DNA of 64,000 nt, from contig CAZDZV010000008.1 of the NCBI GenBank assembly GCA_964510025.1, positions 1 to 64,000 of the forward strand, in the 5' to 3' direction. Under the pieces are notes generated by a model. The model was not told the origin of the DNA, ran no database searches, and worked only from the letters and a program-made list of their open reading frames with translations. The stretch is from an uncultured Methanosarcinales archaeon (GTDB lineage Archaea > Nanobdellota > Nanobdellia > Woesearchaeales > DATDXC01). Positions 1 through 14,300 of this stretch are shown here, one piece after another (the stretch's first letter is position 1; each line of letters starts with the position of its first letter). A program made the translations under genes and the position numbers.

Positions 1-12
1 AAAGTAACAAGT

Positions 13-714
13 ATGCCGGAACAGATGACAGTAGAGCAGATGAAAGAGCTCAAGGAAAAGCTCTCAAAGATGAGTCCCGAAGAGCTTAAAGAATACCAAA
101 AGCAGCAGTGCATATTCTGCCATATCGTAGCCGGCAAGGTGCAGTCGAAGAAGATTTTTGAGGATGATAGGGTACTGGCTATACTGGATATCAATCCAGC
201 CAACCCAGGCCATATCCTTATCCTGCCTAAGGAGCATTATAGCATAATGCCTCAGCTGCCTGAACAGGATCTTAGGCATATCTTTATGGTCACAAAAGCC
301 CTATCCAACTCTGCCCTAAGGGCCCTGGGTGTGCAGGGTACAAATATCATTGTGGCAAACGGCGTCGCTGCAGGCCAGAAAGCGAACCATTTCATGGTGC
401 ATATAATCCCAAGGAAAGAGAATGACGGCATAAATTTTGAGCTGCCTCAGAGAAAGATATCAGAGAAAGAGCTGCTGTCCATCAGGGACTCTATGTCCAA
501 CAAGCTTGCAGAGATGACCGGAAAAAAGACAGCTGCAAGCAAGGTTGTTGAGGCTGAATTTATTGAAGAGAAACAGCCAAAGCAGGCAATACCCAGTCAG
601 GCCAGGAAGGAAAAACCCAAACAGCCCAAACCTTCAGGCGAAAAACCCCGGAAGCCTGCGAAGCAGGCAGAAAAGAGCTCGCTGGACGATATATCGAGGA
701 TGCTAAATGGCTGA
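13..714 (+). CDS. HIT-family protein with degenerate triad and Lys/Pro-rich C-terminal tail
   Basis: CIFC zinc motif, LDINPANPGHILILPKEH and NGVAAGQ are typical HIT. The triad reads HFMVH instead of HxHxH. Confidence 0.9.
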   Translation: MPEQMTVEQMKELKEKLSKMSPEELKEYQKQQCIFCHIVAGKVQSKKIFEDDRVLAILDINPANPGHILILPKEHYSIMPQLPEQDLRHIFMVTKALSNSALRALGVQGTNIIVANGVAAGQKANHFMVHIIPRKENDGINFELPQRKISEKELLSIRDSMSNKLAEMTGKKTAASKVVEAEFIEEKQPKQAIPSQARKEKPKQPKPSGEKPRKPAKQAEKSSLDDISRMLNG

Positions 715-1234
715 AAACTGCATTGTGTGCAACATAATCGAAGGTAAGGTGCCGTCTGAGAAGGTTTATGAGGATGAGAATGTAATGGCTTTTCTGGATG
801 TCAACGGCGCAAATCCCGGGCACTGCTTTGTCGTACCTAAGAAACACTATCCGATCTTCGAGCAGATACCTGATCCAATGGTGGGCGAGCTTTTTTCCAT
901 AAGCAATAAGGTCTCACAGGCTTTGTTCGACAGCCTTGAGATACAGGGAACCAATATTTTTGTGACAAACGGCATCACAGCCGGCCAGAAAGTCGCTCAC
1001 TTCATGATAAACGTAGTGCCGAGGAAAGAGAATGACGGAATAAACCTTCAATGGAAACCAAGGCAGCTCAGCGAGGAGGAGATGTCAACAGTTGAGCTGA
1101 AGCTGAAAGATGAATCTGCCAATGTCGGAGGTTTTCAAGCTGAACCTCAGCAGGAACAGAAGCTCGTGGAAAATACTGAGACAATCAGCGGCGAGGACAA
1201 TAACCTTATCAAGAGCCTACGACGGATACCTTAG
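707..1234 (+). CDS. HIT-family protein, tandem paralog with degenerate triad
   Basis: CIVC, LDVNGANPGHCFVVPKKH, NGITAGQKVAHFMINVVPR; overlaps the upstream paralog by 8 nt. Confidence 0.9.
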   Translation: MAENCIVCNIIEGKVPSEKVYEDENVMAFLDVNGANPGHCFVVPKKHYPIFEQIPDPMVGELFSISNKVSQALFDSLEIQGTNIFVTNGITAGQKVAHFMINVVPRKENDGINLQWKPRQLSEEEMSTVELKLKDESANVGGFQAEPQQEQKLVENTETISGEDNNLIKSLRRIP

Positions 1235-2367
1235 GATTCTATGGTAACGTTCGAATGCAATTCTATTATCCTGTTTACTCTTCTGTGAACATCCCGAAGG
1301 TCATCTGCAGCGTATGCCTTGGTAGTTAAGAATGTGTTGATTCCATCTTTGACATCCTGTTCAATTGCCTCATAGCTTGGGATATAGTACCCGAACTGTG
1401 CTTTGCACTGAGGATGAGTACCTACCCTTATATATGGTTCATAGAAAGCGTAATTTGCGGCATCGATAAAAAAGATAGGTGCATTATAGAAAGCAGCAAA
1501 CAATGATGCTATAAGGCTGGCTGGATTATCATCTTCGGTGTTAACCATGACTACATGCTCATACCTATACCAAAATGCGAAATATATGCTTTCCAGATTG
1601 TCAACCCTGATCATCTGATAGCCATCACCCAGGTCACAACAAGGCAGACCAGCGGGCAGACCATCCATGGTACATAAATCTTCATCCCATCCAAGACAGG
1701 GCAGACCAGGATCATCAAAAATAAAAGCATACGCTTTTTCATCGCTTATCAGCTCTGACTTAATCTGTCCAGAAGTAATCCCATCATCATCATAGTACAC
1801 ATTATAGGGGATCCTATGAAGTCCGCTGATATCGTACCATGTTCCGACAGGTATTAGCCTTAGCATATCCCGCTGATTGGTTCCGGTGTCTTTGATGAAC
1901 AAGGCACTGTTCTCCAGCAGACGCCAGTCTTTTGTGTTGTTTGTATAGACCCTAACAATCTGGCTCTCAGAGCCTATGGCGCCCTGGTCATTAATCACCT
2001 TAAGCGTAATGTTGTATTCCCCCGGCTCAAAATAGTAGTCAATAAACGACTCCTCTCTGTGGTCAATTATATTATCAGCGTCAATATCCCAGTAAAATCC
2101 CTTTATCTTATGCTTAAGGTCATAGCTTTGCGAGCCATCGAAAGATATATCCTGGAAAACGATATGTATATCGGAAGGCCTTGGCGAAGATATGACCGGG
2201 GTCGGCGGGACAGCATACTTTTTCAGCTCTTCTTCCATGCGTATTTCTGCTTCACCCATCCATGTCCTTATAGCTAGCAATATCAGGAGAAGCACAACCA
2301 GCGCTATTATGATTATCACAATCCACCTTACTGAGAGATCCATCGCAGCTTTCTTGTTTATCTCCAT
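1231..2367 (-). CDS. PKD-domain surface protein with class III (archaeal pilin-like) signal peptide
   Basis: Probable start MEINKKA-AMDLSVRWIVIIIIALVVLLLILL (basic KKA then a long hydrophobic run). PKD motif FDGSQSYD...YWDID...PGEYNITLKV. Late SLIASLFAAFYNAPIFF resembles a cell-wall-binding-2 type repeat. Start overlaps the giant gene stop. Confidence 0.75.
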   Translation of the reverse strand: MEINKKAAMDLSVRWIVIIIIALVVLLLILLAIRTWMGEAEIRMEEELKKYAVPPTPVISSPRPSDIHIVFQDISFDGSQSYDLKHKIKGFYWDIDADNIIDHREESFIDYYFEPGEYNITLKVINDQGAIGSESQIVRVYTNNTKDWRLLENSALFIKDTGTNQRDMLRLIPVGTWYDISGLHRIPYNVYYDDDGITSGQIKSELISDEKAYAFIFDDPGLPCLGWDEDLCTMDGLPAGLPCCDLGDGYQMIRVDNLESIYFAFWYRYEHVVMVNTEDDNPASLIASLFAAFYNAPIFFIDAANYAFYEPYIRVGTHPQCKAQFGYYIPSYEAIEQDVKDGINTFLTTKAYAADDLRDVHRRVNRIIELHSNVTIES

Positions 2368-5300
2368 TCTTGATAATACCCCCATACATCGTAGAATGTT
2401 GAGTCTTCTTCATCTCTTTTAGTCCAACTGGCATCCTTACAGGTTGCATCCACTATTACGTCCTCCAGATCATATGATGTTTCAAAGGTGCTCCAAGTCT
2501 CATCTATATCATCACCGCAGCAGAAGCTATGCGGATCTGTTGTAAATGGCACTAAAGAGCCTGCCCAGCAATATGTCCTTATTGTGTCACTGCAGTCATT
2601 TGTACCATCCGGTCTTAGGGCTCTTTCTACACCAACAAACCTACAGAAATATGCATCTTTATCTGCGTCATCTATATAGATAACATCACCGCTGCCTCCT
2701 TGCCTACAGCATCCTTTGTAGACATTATCTATCCAGCATTCATCAGCATCGTCGCCGCAGCATCCGATAGTTGTGTCAGCTGGCGGCGCATCCTGGTCCC
2801 AGCAATTAGTATCTCCAAATTCACTGCATATGCCATTATAGGTTTCTCCTATTGATATGAAATGATTCCTGCAGCTTAGCTCATTAAGGTCAGGGTTATC
2901 GCCGCAGATGTCTAATTGGTTACAGTTGCCATGCTGAGCAATAGTACCATTATCTCCACAGAGGGTTTGGTTCCATGGATATACGATACATGTAATATTT
3001 GGGCAGTGTGTTACATTAACTACATAATCGGGGGCTGCAAGCCAGGATCTCGCATGGCAGCCCGATGCGTTTATCTCCCATGTCTCGCACCCATTATCCC
3101 ACGGCAGATTGGTGAGATTTTCACCGATGCACCAAGGTAATTCCTTATCGTCACATACATTATCTTTATCTACATCATCACATATACAAACAGCATCATC
3201 ACAATAGTATGGCCAGATGCATTCCTGTTCCAGTAAAATCCCTCCTGCTTCCAGCTGATCGCAGTTTCCGGAGCCATCACATTTTGTTATGTTTGTCTGG
3301 CTTGTCACATTGCTGGTTCCTTTTCCAGATCCAATACATGAGTATCGTGTTTTTGTATCGCATACAGTATCTGAACCATTATAATTCGGCAGGGCATTGT
3401 CACAGTCTGCATCTGCTATTCCTCCGATGCCATCGCATGTCCTGTCTGCAAGATAGTACTCACATGATGTGCTCTTGTCGCAATGCACCTCTTCTACAAT
3501 ATCCGACGTGTCGTTATAGTAGATGAGCCAGCATCCTGTCTTCATATCAAAGCCTTCATAGATAGTGCAGGATTCATTTGGAGGTATATTATCTGCATCC
3601 TCATCCGGGCATTCATCTATGTATTCGCATGCATCATCTATGCCGTTTGCGTTCAGGTCAGTTCCAGAGTCAAAGACTCCAGGGCACATGTCGCAGGGCT
3701 GGTCATCTCCATATAATGTGGTGTAGATGCCTTCTGTAGCCCCATCCTGGTCAAAGTCTGCTTTTGCGCAGGTCCATCCCTGACCTGATGACGAAAGATC
3801 ATCGCAGACATAGAACACCTGCCTTGCTGAACGGCCTAAGTCCCCATCCTGATCACTGACTGAGACATGTATTGTGTACATCCCATCCCCACTCGGAGCT
3901 GCTACCATCCCGTCGCATATGCACGTATTGGATATTGACGTGGCAGCTATAGCGGCTGTCGCAACCTGGCTGCCCTCTCTTTCGATATATACATTACAGC
4001 TGTTTGCGCTAAATACATCTGCAGCTATAAACTCTACGTTTATCTCAATATTCTCACCAGACCTGAAGAAAGGCTTTTGCTTGCCGATTAGGGACAATAG
4101 CGAGTTGTTGACTGGTGATATGTCTATATTGAAGGTTTCCTCGTACTCCTGGCCCAGATTGTAGGCACCGTCCCTTGCCTGAGCCCGTATCTTATAGCTG
4201 CCCTCCTTGACCAGGTTAGACAGCCTATACCTGCAATTGCCGTCTGAGCTCTGGAGGAGGGTAGACTGGCTGTCAGGATCAATCACTTCAAATTGACATC
4301 TGCAGATGCTGGATGGATCCTGGGTTATCGCCCTAATATCCAGATAGCCATCATAATCAACTGTGATCTGCCCATCCCCTTCCCCTGTTTCTATATCAGA
4401 TACAGCAGGTGCGGTATTCTCATAAAGCCTTGTAGTCAAGGCCACACTTCCTCCGAGATCGCCCTCAGATGAGCGCTCACTTGTAGCCAACGGATAGGCA
4501 TGAGCTGGTTGCGCCACCCCTGGCGTCGAACATCTAAGAGTGATGTCGAAATCCTCAATATTATCAGCTACACTCTGGATATTGCCTGCCATGTTGTTCG
4601 GGCCTGGGCTCCATCTGAAGTCAGAGGCGTCAGGGCCTTCCAGCGAACACTGCGATGGATCAAATACAAACCTGGATGCTGGTTGGTTATCTATGCCTAT
4701 GGTGGCAAGGAAATAGCTGTATGTAGAGCTTCCGACCAACCTCAGCGTGTAATCATCATTTACATGCAGCCTGCTGTGGTATTCGTAGGTTATTGTTGTT
4801 CCTACGAGCTGGCCGCTGGCGACATAAGGTATGACTGTGCAGCTGGCTGTAGACCAGTCATCTGCGCAGGAATCGGATGAAGCACACTGGGGATCAGCAC
4901 AGTCTTTTCTTCCATCATTATGATTGTCAAATCCATCGCTGCAGAGTGTCTCACCATTAGGTTGGCACTGCTCTCCCTCTGGCCCGGCTGCTGAGACGCA
5001 ATCAGCGTCTGCGCAATCCTCCTTGTTGTCAGCGTCATTGTCAAAATTATCGTTGCAGGTTGATTCCTGGTTGAGCTCGCATCTCTGGCCCTGCTGGCTT
5101 CCAAGATCACCATCGCAATCGCTGTCCCGGCAGTCTTTTCCTGAATTATCGTTCCTATCATAGTTTCCCAAGCCGTCGTCTACGTCATTGTCTATGCCGT
5201 CAGCGCATGAGTCATAGGTGTAGTTTTCATAAGCCGGACATGGACCGCAGTACCCGAATGCCTGCCAGCAGTCTGTTTGATCAGTGGCATCACTGAAATA

Positions 5301-8300
5301 GCCATCTTCACAGTCAGTTCCAGCTTTGGCCGGCCTGGGCCTCAAATCAAAGTCAAAATCATTATCTTCCTGATCTGTGCAGAACCCATAGACATTTACG
5401 AGGAACTCTGAAGACATACAGACATCATCTGAGTCAGGATCCTTTACACCTGCGCAGTCAGGATCATTGCAGTCAATGCCTCCTGTATTGTCCAGGGCAT
5501 ATGAGTCTCCATCCCAGATGTACTGGTCAAGGTCATTATCAATATTATCGAAGCATGTTGCATTGTCAATGCCGTCATACTCTGTTACAGGGCAGCTTCC
5601 AAGCCCCCTGCAGTCATAGTCATCGCAGTCAGCTCCTGTGCTGTCCAATCCAGGATCAGGTATGAACAAGCCGAGCCAATTGTCGCTTCCACCCTGAAGA
5701 TATGAGTCATGATCATCATCTGCTCCGCCGGTGCATTGGTTTTCTCTTCGTGGACAAACCTCGCCAGCGCTGCTTAACGTATCGCTCTTGCCCCAGCATT
5801 CATAAGGATCATAGCAGTCGATCTGCCTGGTTTCGCATTCCTGTGGTGTGCTGCAGGTTATTGAGGGGCCGTAAGGTGTGCTGTCAGCATCATTATCAAA
5901 TCTATCCTCGCAAACAAATGCATCTATGCTGTATGATGAGCCTTCTGGGCTTTCACAATATACTGCCTGATTGCCTGTATCATATTTTCTTGGGACCCCA
6001 TTTCCATCAAGATATGCACCAATCTCTCCGAGGCAGTCTGAGTCAGCGCAATCTACAAGGCCGTCGCCGTCATTGTCGAAACCGTCATAGCAGGTCAGTT
6101 CCTGCTGGTGCTCACAGAGTATGGGATCTTCGTTTCCGGCTTTGCCTATCTGTATTCCGCTGCAATCCGTGTCCCTGCAGTCGATATAGTAGTCCAGGTC
6201 ATTGTCTGCATCATCATTGCACCTATGGTTTGATGTCTGGGTGCCTTCTATGAATTCAATCTGGTTTTGATAGAGGCTGTCATCATTTTCATTTGTATTG
6301 TCGGGAGCATCGCTATCCACAAAGAACCTCACTGCTTCAGGCGGCCCCTGCTCGCCATCCACTGATACAACGAGCTCAAATTCGTATTCGTCATCTGCCA
6401 AGCCAGCATAGTCTACATACATCACCTGGTCCACACTTTCCCTGTCTATTATCTCCTTGGTAGAATAAGAGCTTGTGGAACTGACATCCTCCTCCAGCTC
6501 AGTATAGCCAGGAGCAGGATTTCTGTATTTCCCAAATGCGCTGAATTCAGGGACATTGTTCATGGCAGTTAGGGTATATTCGCTCTGTGAATTGATCTGC
6601 CTGTCTATGTCAAACCTGACCTTGAGTCTGCCGCCGGGCAGAATATGCTGGGTATATGCGTAATCCACATTATAGACAGTCCCTGCCTTATTTACTGTGA
6701 TTCTTCCTTCACAGATATTATCCGTTCCGCAATTTTCAGGTGGCTGAGCGACCACTGCGCCCGTAAGCAGATTGCCTATCTCTGGCAGGTATGCAATGAT
6801 CGGATGCCTGCCATAATATCCTGAGCAGTTGTAGGCAATTCCCTGGCAGAACGGATCCTCTATGCAGTCTGTCTTGCTGTTGCCATCGTCATCAATTCCA
6901 TTGTGGCAAAGCTTCTCTAAATCAAATCCTTTTGCCATCATATTTCCTGCATAATCCTTGTCGCCTGCCCAATCGCATTCAACCTCATTTGCAAAGTAGA
7001 CGTTCTTGTTTCCTAGATAGCATTCCAGGGCTTTCTGGCCGTCGCCTTCTTTTCCATCATAGTTGCCAAAGCCAGTCCATGTATTGTTGTGGACATATAT
7101 CATCCTGTTTATGCCAGTTTCTTCAAATACTTCCTGTCCAGAATAAAGCCTGCAGGCCCTTATGAGCCAGGGCTTGTCTCTGCTTAGCTTGGCAGGGTCA
7201 AGGATCTCAGGACCAGGTATCACATAGCTCAACACTATCGGATCATCAGCAGCACCGCTGTGCTTTTCAGAAACAGTCATGAGAGTTCCGTCAGAAACCT
7301 CGATGTCGCATTCAACGTCTCCCGGAGCAGCATACGCTGAATTGAATGTTATCTCAAATCTGTGAAGATGCCTGTTGCTGAGAGGCTCCCCTGTCTCGCA
7401 GTCAACGTCATTTGGATCATCCACGTCTGCGCAGTAGTCTCCTCCATCACAGCATGTGGGCTCATATATACCATCCGGATAGGTGATATTGGCCCACGGT
7501 GCCGTTGCCCTGATAGTCAAGTTAACGCTCATCTTAGTGTCGCCAAACTCAAAGCCATCAGATGGAGTTATGCTGCAGGACCAATCTGAACCCACTGTGG
7601 TGTTTCCAAATCCTATTGTGGATATGTTTTCAAGCTCTGGATGCTCTGTTCCATTTATATACCACCTAATGGCATTAATAACAGCGTCTCCATTTTCGTC
7701 GAATGTGGATATATTATAGCAGGTTAGGTTCTCATAGCTGTAGTTTGTGCCATGGGTGGAGTTTATCTTGGGCTTGCCATGCGTGGGAGCTATGTTGGGC
7801 TCCATCCTGGTTAGAGGCAGCTCATCCAGATTATTTTCATCTATAACCATCGGTGAATCGCAGAAGCCGTCTCTTGGAGCATCATCTGAGCAGGTTTCAC
7901 TGAATCCTGTTCCGTCCTGGTTAGCCCAGTAGTTGCCGCCGGTATTCTGCTGGCCGATCATGTTTATACCGGGAGCAAAGGTGGTGTTCCATAGGTTAGA
8001 GCTGTCTATCACTTCCACGGTCGAGTTTATGAAGTTGTTATAGATCGAATTTTCATTTCCGAACGCTATATATATGTAGTTCAAATAAGAATCCCTGATA
8101 GTATTTCGCTCTGACCATGACGCATTTATGCTGATATGCGCATCTTCAGCAGTTATGTTCTGCACGAGATTTTCTGAGCTATGTACAAGCTTAATCTCAT
8201 TGTGGAATTCGCTGTTTGTGATGTTTGAATAGTTCGTCAGCATCAGTACAACAGCAGGCATATATTGGCTGTGAGAAGCAATAATGGTGCGGTCTATTGT

Positions 8301-11300
8301 TGAGTTATCGGCGTTGCACAATATTATCTGTGATGCGTTCCTGTCCCAGCCTATTATCTGGACAGAGCGGTTATAGTAGACTATCGGCATGATGCCTGTG
8401 ACGTTTTCTATTGTCTGGCTGCAGTCTTCAGCTGTAGCAGGTATTATCTCAAGGTTGTTCTGCTGGCTATCCAGTTCTAGACCTATGAGCTGGTTATGTG
8501 ATATTGTATGGCCTGTCGAAGCAGCTATCCTTATGCCTTTCAGGTTGCCTTCAAAGACAGAGTTCTTCACTGTGTTATTGGGGCTTTGCATCATATCGAT
8601 GCCAAGACCTGCACAATCAGAGATATTAATATTCTCTATAAGGTTGTGGCTGCTTTTTTCCAGTGCGATTCCTGCCTGGCCCCATTCTGTTACTGTACAG
8701 TTCTTGATCGTCAGGTTATTGGCGTTATCAATGCTTCCTTCTGCGTAGATCCCATAGCTTCCTGCAAGCCTTATGCCATCTATCTTGTTGCCCTGGCAGT
8801 CAAGAGAGATGCCTGCAGCTTTGACAGGGAAGCAGATATCTTCTGTGCTGTCGATGACATCTGCTGTCAGTATATAGGCGCCCTGCTCCTGATCCAGCAT
8901 CTGGCAGCGTGTCAGAGGGATATTGTCATGTATAAACAGCATGTTGCTGAGAAGCAAGCTGCCGTCATCTATCCCATCGTTCGGAAGCACGGAGCACTGC
9001 CATGCCTCTCCTGTTGCGGTTTCGTCCGAGACGATAAGGTCTGTCCTGTTCCTGTAGAGCGCGCTTATCTGCACTTCAGAGAGGGCTGTACTGTAGATGC
9101 TTATATCATCGATAAACCCATCAAAGTGATCCCCCATATCTGGTTTAGCCCCGATTATCAATGGAGCTTCAGATGGATCAATCTCCCCTGCAACAATATG
9201 GCTGTTTTCTAGATGCCCATCCAGATATATTCTTATTTCACTACCATCATATACTGTAAAAATATGGTACCATCTGTCTGTTTCCATAGTTGTAGAGACC
9301 TGCACTGTATATCTAGTTGAATCTATATATACAGATGACATCAGGATTTTTTCGGTAGATGCACCTCCAAGGTACAGTGAATAGCTATTTTTTGACAATA
9401 ACATAGATGATTCTTCTAGACTCCTGAACCTAAACCATCCCCCAAAGCTTATCTCACCTGCAGGATTCAAAGATGGCGAGTCCTCGATTCTGATGTAATC
9501 CATGTTGCCATCAAATTCATACGCGCCCCTATGGTCATATCCAGACTCATTGGAGCGGAGGGCGTTGAAAACAGTGCCGTTATTGCCGAATGCTGAATAA
9601 TCCCTTGCAAATACGGCGTTTGAGCTTCCTTCAAAAGGCATATTGAGGATCAATATGGGTTCGCCATCCCTATACCAGTTATATATGTATTTTATGGTGT
9701 CCTGGTCAAGGTCCACTGCATCCTGAGGTATGCATGTAAGGTTCTCTTTTTGTGAGTCCGTGCCATAGCTTGATGATAACAGCGGCGTTGAATGAGTGGG
9801 CCTGTGGTTGTCTCTGTCGCAGATATCGTCTATGCCGTCTCCATCTGTGTCTATCTTGGAGTTATTTTGGGCAGCACACATATCGCAAGGCTGAGGTATG
9901 CCGTAGATATCGGTCACCAGGCCCTCTGTATAGCTGTCCTGGTCAAAGTCTGCTTTTGCGCATGTCCATCCATCACCAGAAGAGCCAAGGTTGTCGCATA
10001 CATAGAATACTGTGGAATTTGTGACAAATTCGGAATCTTCTGTAGTTATTTCCAAGTGTATCCTGTATAGGCCATCACCGAAGTCTGCCTGTACAGAGCC
10101 GTTGCATATCTTAATATCAGGATTTTCGTCATCTATTACTTCCAGCTCAGCAGCTTCATCTCCACATAGTGCCCTGCAGCTGACTGGCAATCCATAAATG
10201 CCTGTATCGAACGAGGCATTTATGTAGATTATTTCAGCTGACCTGTAGAAAGGCTTGGCTTTGTCCAGCAATGGTCTTGGAGCTTTGGAGTCATCTGTGG
10301 TATAGCTGTCTCCGCATCTCACTGCATCTTCAAGAATAAATATCTCTCCAAGGCAATCTTGATCATCACAGTCTATGTCTCCATCATAATCATTATCTAT
10401 GCCGTCAGCGCATGAGTCATAGGTGTAGTTTTCATAAGCCGGACATGGACCGCAGTACCCGAATGCCTGCCAGCAGTCTGTGCCTAGTGCAGTATGGTAC
10501 ATATCTTCACAATCAATTATGTTCGGGCCTGGATCAGCGCTTCTTTCGCTGCTCCCATCATCATTGAATCCATTGTCACAGAACTGGTAGTAGCCAGGCA
10601 TGAATTCATTGTCCTTGCAGATCCTATAGCAATCTGAGTCATCACAGTCAATACTGCTGATCCCATCAGGGCTGTCAAGATCATTGTCAATCCAGTCACT
10701 GCATTGATGGAAAGCGTCATTTCCCTCTTTGTCCTGGTCTTCCCTGAGAGGGCAATTATCATCGCCGTAGCAGTCATAGTCTGTGCAGTCTATGCCGGTG
10801 TCCGGCCTCGTGTCATAGCTTGGAAGGTAGTTCCTATCCCAGTCATTATCTATGCCATCACTGCAGTCTGTCTCTGTAGATGGGCAGCCGGTGTCTTTTT
10901 TCCAGCAGTCATCCTGGTCTAAGCAGTCTGCATCACCATCCCTATTGTTGTCAAAGCAGTCATAGCAGATTGACTCAGCTTGAAATTCGCATACAGCATA
11001 TTCGCCTGTGCAATTCTTCCCACCTACTTCAAGATGGCATTCTTCGTCGCTGCAGTCCATCTTATAGTCTAGGTCGTTATCCAGCGTGTCATTGCAGTTA
11101 TGAATGTCGAAGGTGCTTGTCGAGTTTTCCAGCCAGTTGTCCGGAGCTTCAGTGGATATTGTCAGAGGAAGGTTTATCCTTGCGTTCTGGCCAATCAAAA
11201 CCAGCAGTTCAAATTCGTATGCACTTTCTTCATAGCCTGTCAGATTCACCCACATGACAAAGTCGTAGTGGTCTCCTAGGAAGGTATTTCCATCTGTGGT

Positions 11301-14300
11301 CAATGTATATGCTGTGGAAACAGCTGCTTCCCCCTGAGGTATGAAGCTGTAGTCCGGATGGGCGTAATTGCCATATTCATTAAATCCGACCAGATTGTTT
11401 ATGGCAAACAGCATATCGCCTTCATAGCTAAACCCATCTGAACTGAATCTTACCTTAAGTGTTCCGTCTGGCCTGACGAATCTAGTGTATTGATAATCGA
11501 TAATGTTTATATGGCCCTCGCCGGAATCGATCTCAAAGCTGTCGCTGCAGATGCCTTTCTCGCAGACAGCAGGCTCTTCCATTATAGCTGCTCCCTGAGT
11601 ATCCACTCCCATAGCCCCTAACAATCCCATATGCGGCAAGCAGGAGTAGGAGATCCCGAAGCAGTCAGGGTCTTCGCAGTCTGTGAGGCTGTCTCCAATA
11701 TCATTGTTGATGCCATCATGGCAGTATCCTTCAACAGATGCACCCTGGCTCATCTTCACAGCAAAGTTAACGTCTCCCAGCCAATCGCACTTATGGGTGT
11801 TGTTGAAGTAGCTTCCTGGTATGCCCAGATAGCACTTGACAGCCCTGTAAGCATCCTGGTAATAGAATTTTGCTCTTGTCCAAATGTTTTCATGCACAAA
11901 TATCCTGCTGCCCTGCTCTCTTTCAGGCTCTATATCTATCTTATGAAGCTTGACTCCCTGCCTTATAACGCTGCATTCTGTGATGTTCCACGGCCTTAGT
12001 TTGCTTATTCTTCCCTGCTCAAGGTCAGCTTGTGTCAGGGTATAGCTTAATGATTCGCTGGCTTCAGATATATCGGCCAGGGTCTTCCTTAGAGGCAGTG
12101 ATGTACTGTCTGACCGTTCTATGAGGCATTCAAGAACATCACCGCTCTGGGCTGTGATATTGTTGAATGTCACGGTGAATCTGTGCAGGTGGGTTCCTGC
12201 CAGCTTATTTGTAGGGTCCCCCGATGTACAGTAGTATGCTTCTTCTGGGCTGCAGGCGGTTCCGCCTCCAGGGCAGCATAATGGCTCGAAGATTCCTTCT
12301 GGATATGAGACATTTGACCACCTGGGCTGCAGCCTTATGGTCAGGTTCACGCTGGAAAGCTCTTCAGAGCATACATATCTGTCACAAGGTACTATAGAGC
12401 AGGCCCAGCTGTCTCCTTCTGATGTCTCCTCATGCGAGATTGTCCTGAGGTTTCTTAGTTCAGGGACCTCTATGCCATCCTTATACCATCTGTAGATGTT
12501 AGATACTTCGTCTCCATCAGGATCACCAGTTGACCTGTTATAGCATGTCAGATCCTCAAAGGTGAAATTTGAGCCCAGTGTTGAGTTTATCACAGGCCTT
12601 GACTGGGTTGGGGGCCTGTTGACCGCTACATACAGCACAGCTGTAGTATGCCTCGTCTCCCCTTCTTCGGTATAGTTCGCGTATATCACTGTGTAGCCAT
12701 CTCCGATACCTGTTGCGACATTATCAACAACTGTGGCTACAGTAACATCTTCAGACTGGTATCTGGCTTGAGCGGTAACATTTGCGTACGAATTGTCTGA
12801 GTAGTAGGCGGTCAATGAGTAATGCACTGTACTCCCTGCGATTATGCTATGCACTTTTGGTTTTATCTCGATTGCGGACAGCTCTTTTTCTGATCCAGCC
12901 CTTGCTATTGTAAGCGTTGTCGTTGCATTTGCCTGATAGCCAAGTTCTGTGTATTCTGCAGAGATAGCTGTCCGGCCTTCTTCCAGAGCCGTTACTATAT
13001 TGTCTGACTGAAGGAAATCGGCTTTTGCTGTGTTTTGGGCTGAGAAACCAGCCTCTGCAGTTATGTTCTTGTAGCTGTTATTGCTGTAGTAAGCGATCGC
13101 ATAGTAGGGAAGCGTCAATCCCTGCTCGATCCTTGCATCTCTGGGTTCTATCATGATATAGGAAAGGTTATCCTTGTCTGTAACCACTATATCTGAATAG
13201 TCTTCTGCAGTGTATTCATTCTCAGTATAGGCCGCCCTGATCCTTGTCATTCCAATACTGTTGGCAGTTATCCTGTTGTTGTCTGCTGAGGCTATTGCGG
13301 GCTCCAGTGAACTGTAGTCTGCCTGGTAAGTAATATCCCTTACTGTTCCGTTTTCGTAGGATACTTTAGTAGATAGGAAGATGTAGTTATCTCTCTTCAC
13401 ATAGGCCAGCGGCGGCTCAACATCTATTGTGAATTCCCTGTCAAGGCATATGTCAGGCTCGCCGTTGCCATCAAAGTCTGAAAACTTGCAGATGCCTGAA
13501 GGCTGCGAGCAGACAAATACTGCTGCCCTGTCTGATTCTGTGACATTGTTTTCAGTGGATTCAGTTGCCCTTACAAATACTGAATACAGCCCCTCAGTCC
13601 CTGCTGTGCTTACTGTTCCCTCGCACCTGTTGCCGTCCACTGGTATTGTGCCTAGCGAAATCTGCTCTGCTGCATTCCTAGCAATGACTACGCAACCAGA
13701 CAGGGTATCAGTTGGCACCATATTGAACTCTGCTGCCACAGCCAGTTGCTCACCTGGCCTGTAGAACCTTTTGTCTGTGGAGATAGACTTAGGTGTAGGC
13801 ATGATGTTCAGGTTATATGTTGTTGCTAAGGGTTCGCCAACATTTGAGTAGTAGTCAACAGGCGTAACCTGCACAGTATACTGGCCTTCTGTGGTCGGCA
13901 AGAAGCTTGCCCTGCAGTTTCTTGAGTCTGCCGGATTGAAATTATCCGGTCCTGTTATGCTCCATCTGCATAATCCCAAAGCTTCATTGTCTGCTATCTG
14001 AGCCCTAATGTACACTCTTTCTCCAAAGGGCAGGGACTGAGGCGTTACCCTTATCAAGGATGCAGTGGGATCGATGTTTTCATCTATCTCATGGGGGATA
14101 TTATTATTGGTTGACTGGCCTAATCCATCTTCGTAGTAGAAAAGCTGATAGTCCAGGCTGTCAAAGGCAGCGGCAGCTGTTATGGTAAAGGTAATCCTAT
14201 ACCCTGAAGGCATCGAATTGCCCTGGGAGTCTATCCTGAATCCATTGTCAGACTCTACAACCCTGAAATAAGAAGTTGAGCCCTGGCCAAAAACCTCTTC

